Positions 61,450-64,000 of a stretch of DNA of 64,000 bases are shown one piece after another. Under the pieces are notes generated by a model that saw only the letters and a list, made by a program, of their open reading frames with translations, was not told where the DNA came from and ran no database searches. The DNA is taken from contig MU004230.1 in assembly GCA_010405405.1 (NCBI GenBank), positions 2,328,627-2,392,626 of the forward strand, given 5' to 3'. The translations under genes and the position numbers were made by a program. Source of the stretch: Microthyrium microscopicum (Eukaryota). The first letter of the stretch is position 1, and the number at the start of each line of letters is the position of its first letter.

Positions 61450-64000
61450 GGGGTTGCTTAGACCCTATTACTAAATTAGGTAGCGCACTACCAAAATTAA
61501 TAATAAGAGCTAGAATATAATAGAATACGTATAGATCTATAGGTAGATTACGTAAGATTATAAGATTTTTAGTAAGTATATTTTTAGGGTGCTATTAAAG
61601 TAAGATTTTAGTATTAATAGTAAATTATATATATTAAGACATAGAATAAGCTAAAGAGAAAGAAAATAACGCTAAATTACTATATTCTCCCTAATTCTTA
61701 GTATTTTAATACTAAACGTTAGTTACTATAAAATTACGCATTATATCCTAACCCCTTATAGATTAAATACTTCTATTAAATAATTGCTAAAGGTTAAATT
61801 AGCTACCCTACTTATTATCTCTTCTTCTATAAGAACTTCTACGTTTTTAATATATCTAATAGAAGAAGAGAAGGATTATTAGATATCTTAAGATTAGTAA
61901 TACTAATAGGCTTTATATAGAAGTTAGTTAGTATAGCATACTTATTATCTTCATCTTTATTAGCGTTAATATAAGCCTTCTTAAAGAACTTAATTAATTA
62001 TATTAAATATATAAAATTAATAAGATTCCTCCTAATAATAATAATAGCTTTAAATACGTATAAGTAGAAAAATTGCTTATTCTACTATCTATAGTAATTA
62101 TAAGTCCTAGAATTAATATTAATAGTATATTCCTTTAAATAAGAAGTATATTTTAATATACTAGTAAGAGTTATAAGATTAAAAGAATTAAGTATAATAA
62201 TAGTAACCTATTTAGAATAAAATAACGTAGTATTATAGAAGTATTAATTATAATAAGTAAAATCTATAGGCATAAGATATTACTATAGATTTAAATATTT
62301 ATAAATTTAATCTTTAGCTTCTTAATACTTAGAACGCTTTTTAATAATATAATTCTAGATACTATTTAAAAGAGGAATAAAATACTTATAATAGTAGCCT
62401 TTAAGAACTAAATTAATAATCTTAGTAGTATTAGATATTAACTAACTATAATACGGTATAAAAAAGTATTTATAAACCTATTTCTCTTTAGGTAGCTTTT
62501 TAATATAATTCTTAAAGTTAATAAAATAGTTAAGAGTATTCTATAGCATTAGATAGTTCTATTAGTAGATAGAATTATAGTTAACGTAATAATTAAGCTA
62601 TCTTAATGCTTATATACTAAAATTAGACTATATATTCTACTTAAGGTAAAAGAAATATTATCTAAGGGCGTAAACCTTAAAATTTAAGTCTAGCATATTT
62701 AAAAGACCTTAATTTTAATTAATAATTATAGTAGAGTAAAATTCTAAAAGAAATATAGTTAGATATAGTTAGATATTTTAAAGATATAATTAAGAAAGAG
62801 AAGAAAAAAAGAGCTAGAAGAATAGTAAATCTAGCTAGAAGAAAGTAAATTTAGAAACTAGCGCTAAGACTTATAAAGATTACTAATCTTAATACTAAGT
62901 ATTATGCGTCCTAGATATATATATATCTACTCTTATAACTTATTATTCTTACCTTTAAAGATACTAAATACGTAAATTATTATATTAGCTTTACTATTAA
63001 ATCTAGTAATAATAACTATCTTAGTATTATATTCTATTTTATAGTAAGTAGCATCTAAACTAATAATTTTAGGTAACTAAGCAAAAATTGCTTAACTAAT
63101 AAATAAATATATAAATACGTATTAAATCTACTTTATAAGAGCCTTCTTAAATATAATATAAATTTTAGGATTTACTTATTTAAGAGCCTTAATCTAGGAG
63201 GGAAGTATCTAATAGCTATTAAGGAATTTATTTTTAACTCTTCTAAATATCTTACGCTTTAGTTAAGATACCTATTAAAGAGTAATAGCCTAACCTATAT
63301 ATTTATAAATTATATTATAAATATCCTAATTTAGCGTATTCTTATTAAGAGCGCTATAGGCTTTAATAAGCTTCTTTATAATCTATAACTTTAAAGTATA
63401 TACTTATTATAAAGTAGTTCTTATTAAATAAGTATAGTCTTTAAGCGCGTTAATCTATATTAAAATCTACTTCTTCTTAGTAATATTAACGCATTTAGGA
63501 ATTAATTTTATAACATATACGCCCTATTTATAAGTATCCTTCTAATACTATTAGAGTTATTAATCCTCTCCTAAACCTCTCTTCTTATAGACTTTAAATC
63601 CTATCTTTACTACTATAAGATATAGAATAGTATTAATATCCTAATAGTTATTATATACTAAACTAACCTATAATTTCTTCTATAATTCCTTTTTATCTTT
63701 AGTAATACTAGTAGTAATAATAGAATTAATTAGTTTTAGCATTAGCATAATACTATAGATATTATTCTTAAAGAGCCTTAGGTATAGGAAGATACCTAGC
63801 TCTAGCTTATTATTATTAACGCTAGTAAGATTAATAAAGTTAATTTTAAGAAGAGGTACTAAATTTTTAATAAGAATAACATTAAAGTTTAAAGCTTACT
63901 TAATAGGAACATATCTAGATAAATATAAAAAAGCTATAGTAAAGTATAGGTAAGTAGATATAAATAAAATAAAGATATAATATCTTTTAAATAAATTATA
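61450..64000. mobile_element. AT-rich RIP-degenerated repeat or transposon relic, class not determinable; continues beyond window
   Basis: Abrupt drop in GC, very frequent TpA, near absence of CpA/TpG while some CpG persists, no ORF of 60 aa or more in the track. Confidence 0.88.

Noticed and set aside
61450..64000. Assigning a transposon class, or calling a centromere or telomere
   Set aside because: Too mutated to recover protein motifs by eye, no TTAGGG array, and only 2.5 kb is visible.
1..64000. tRNA and rRNA genes
   Set aside because: GTTCGA-like T-loop words (e.g. ~3507, ~32726, ~39725) lack cloverleaf context. This was a manual scan only; tRNAscan-SE would be decisive.

Overview
Gene-dense euchromatic segment of a filamentous ascomycete (Pezizomycotina-type short GT..AG introns with CTAAC/CTGAC branch points). 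It ends at ~61.45 kb in an abrupt AT-rich, CpA/TpG-depleted block typical of a RIP-mutated repeat. Recognisable genes: MscS/EF-hand channel, PLD-family protein, dehalogenase-like alpha/beta hydrolase, carboxylesterase, Rmt3, Rav1, ZIP transporter, nucleoside 2-deoxyribosyltransferase-like protein, Zn2Cys6 TF, amino-acid permease, Rpl37, Na+/H+ antiporter, Sos7, plus several hypothetical or secreted proteins. The most unusual part is a ~10 kb co-oriented array (45.1-55.0 kb) of eight small orphan genes or gene relics between the antiporter and sos7. Four start with M-R-E-E; three of these are clear but highly diverged paralogs with homologous promoters. A second two-member family includes a disabled copy. 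All family assignments are from motif recognition by eye and no database search was run. Exon boundaries were called manually.
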